Assembly (NCBI GenBank): GCA_963789395.1
Contig: CAWBKP010000024.1
Location: forward strand, 320,001-384,000
Origin: an uncultured delta proteobacterium
GTDB taxonomy: Bacteria > Desulfobacterota > Desulfobacteria > Desulfobacterales > Desulfatirhabdiaceae
Direction of reading: 5' to 3'
Length of the DNA stretch: 64,000 nt
Below are positions 63,752-64,000 of this stretch, in pieces. Within the stretch, counting starts at the first letter, position 1; every line of letters begins with the position of its first letter. The notes under the pieces are model-generated. The model was not told the origin of the DNA and searched no databases. It was given only the letters and a program-made list of their open reading frames with translations. The position numbers and the translations under genes were made by a program.

Positions 63752-64000
63752 GACCATTGTCATCACCTCTATTTATCCGCCAACGCAATCGGTGCGGGAA
63801 TGGACGGCCCTTACCGACTGGAATGTGGTGGTGGCTGGTGATAGAAAAACGCCTGCGGACTGGAACTGCCATCCGGCAACGTATCTGTCAGTAGCGGATC
63901 AGGAAAGTTCGCGCTTTCGAATCGCCGGAATGCTTCCCTGGAATCACTATGCCCGTAAACTCATGGGTTATCTGCACGCCATCGGGCAGGGGGCTGAAAT
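63744..64000 (+). CDS. STELLO/DUF288-like glycosyltransferase, 3' truncated by window edge (not in ORF track)
   Basis: Manual translation: MLKTIVITSIYPPT..WNVVVAGDRKTPADW..YLSVADQ..LPWNHYARKLMGYLHAIGQGAE. Confidence 0.75.
   Translation, partial: MLKTIVITSIYPPTQSVREWTALTDWNVVVAGDRKTPADWNCHPATYLSVADQESSRFRIAGMLPWNHYARKLMGYLHAIGQGAE

Overview
Bacterial chromosomal window (~50% GC). Gene content suggests an anaerobic Desulfobacterota-like organism (inference). About 15 otherwise intact genes carry single-base frameshifts, best explained as long-read/assembly indels. From left to right: the 3' part of an SbtM-like radical SAM/SPASM maturase; a FabH-like synthase and PaaI thioesterase; an AmmeMemoRadiSam cluster with export signals plus a membrane spermidine-synthase-like protein; Nramp and USP; an Fe-S protein; a DHH-like/CPBP fusion; a MoxR-DUF58-BatABDE operon; hsp20; an orphan XRE/S24 repressor facing a 25-codon ORF; a TetR-linked beta-oxidation cluster with unusual fusions; an orphan CARF-adenosine deaminase (Cad1-like) with a degenerate active site; an orphan CbbQ/NorQ ATPase; a co-directional run TraB - hydrolase - SPFH - tandem-AAA/Lon-protease fusion - solute-binding protein - hybrid kinase; minCDE; a GcvT-SHMT fusion; htpG; and the start of a glycan cluster with a STELLO-like gene. 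No rRNA, tRNA, CRISPR array, integrase or transposase was recognised. The best candidate for an undescribed system is the translationally coupled SPFH + Cdc48-like double-AAA/Lon-protease pair (41368-45737).
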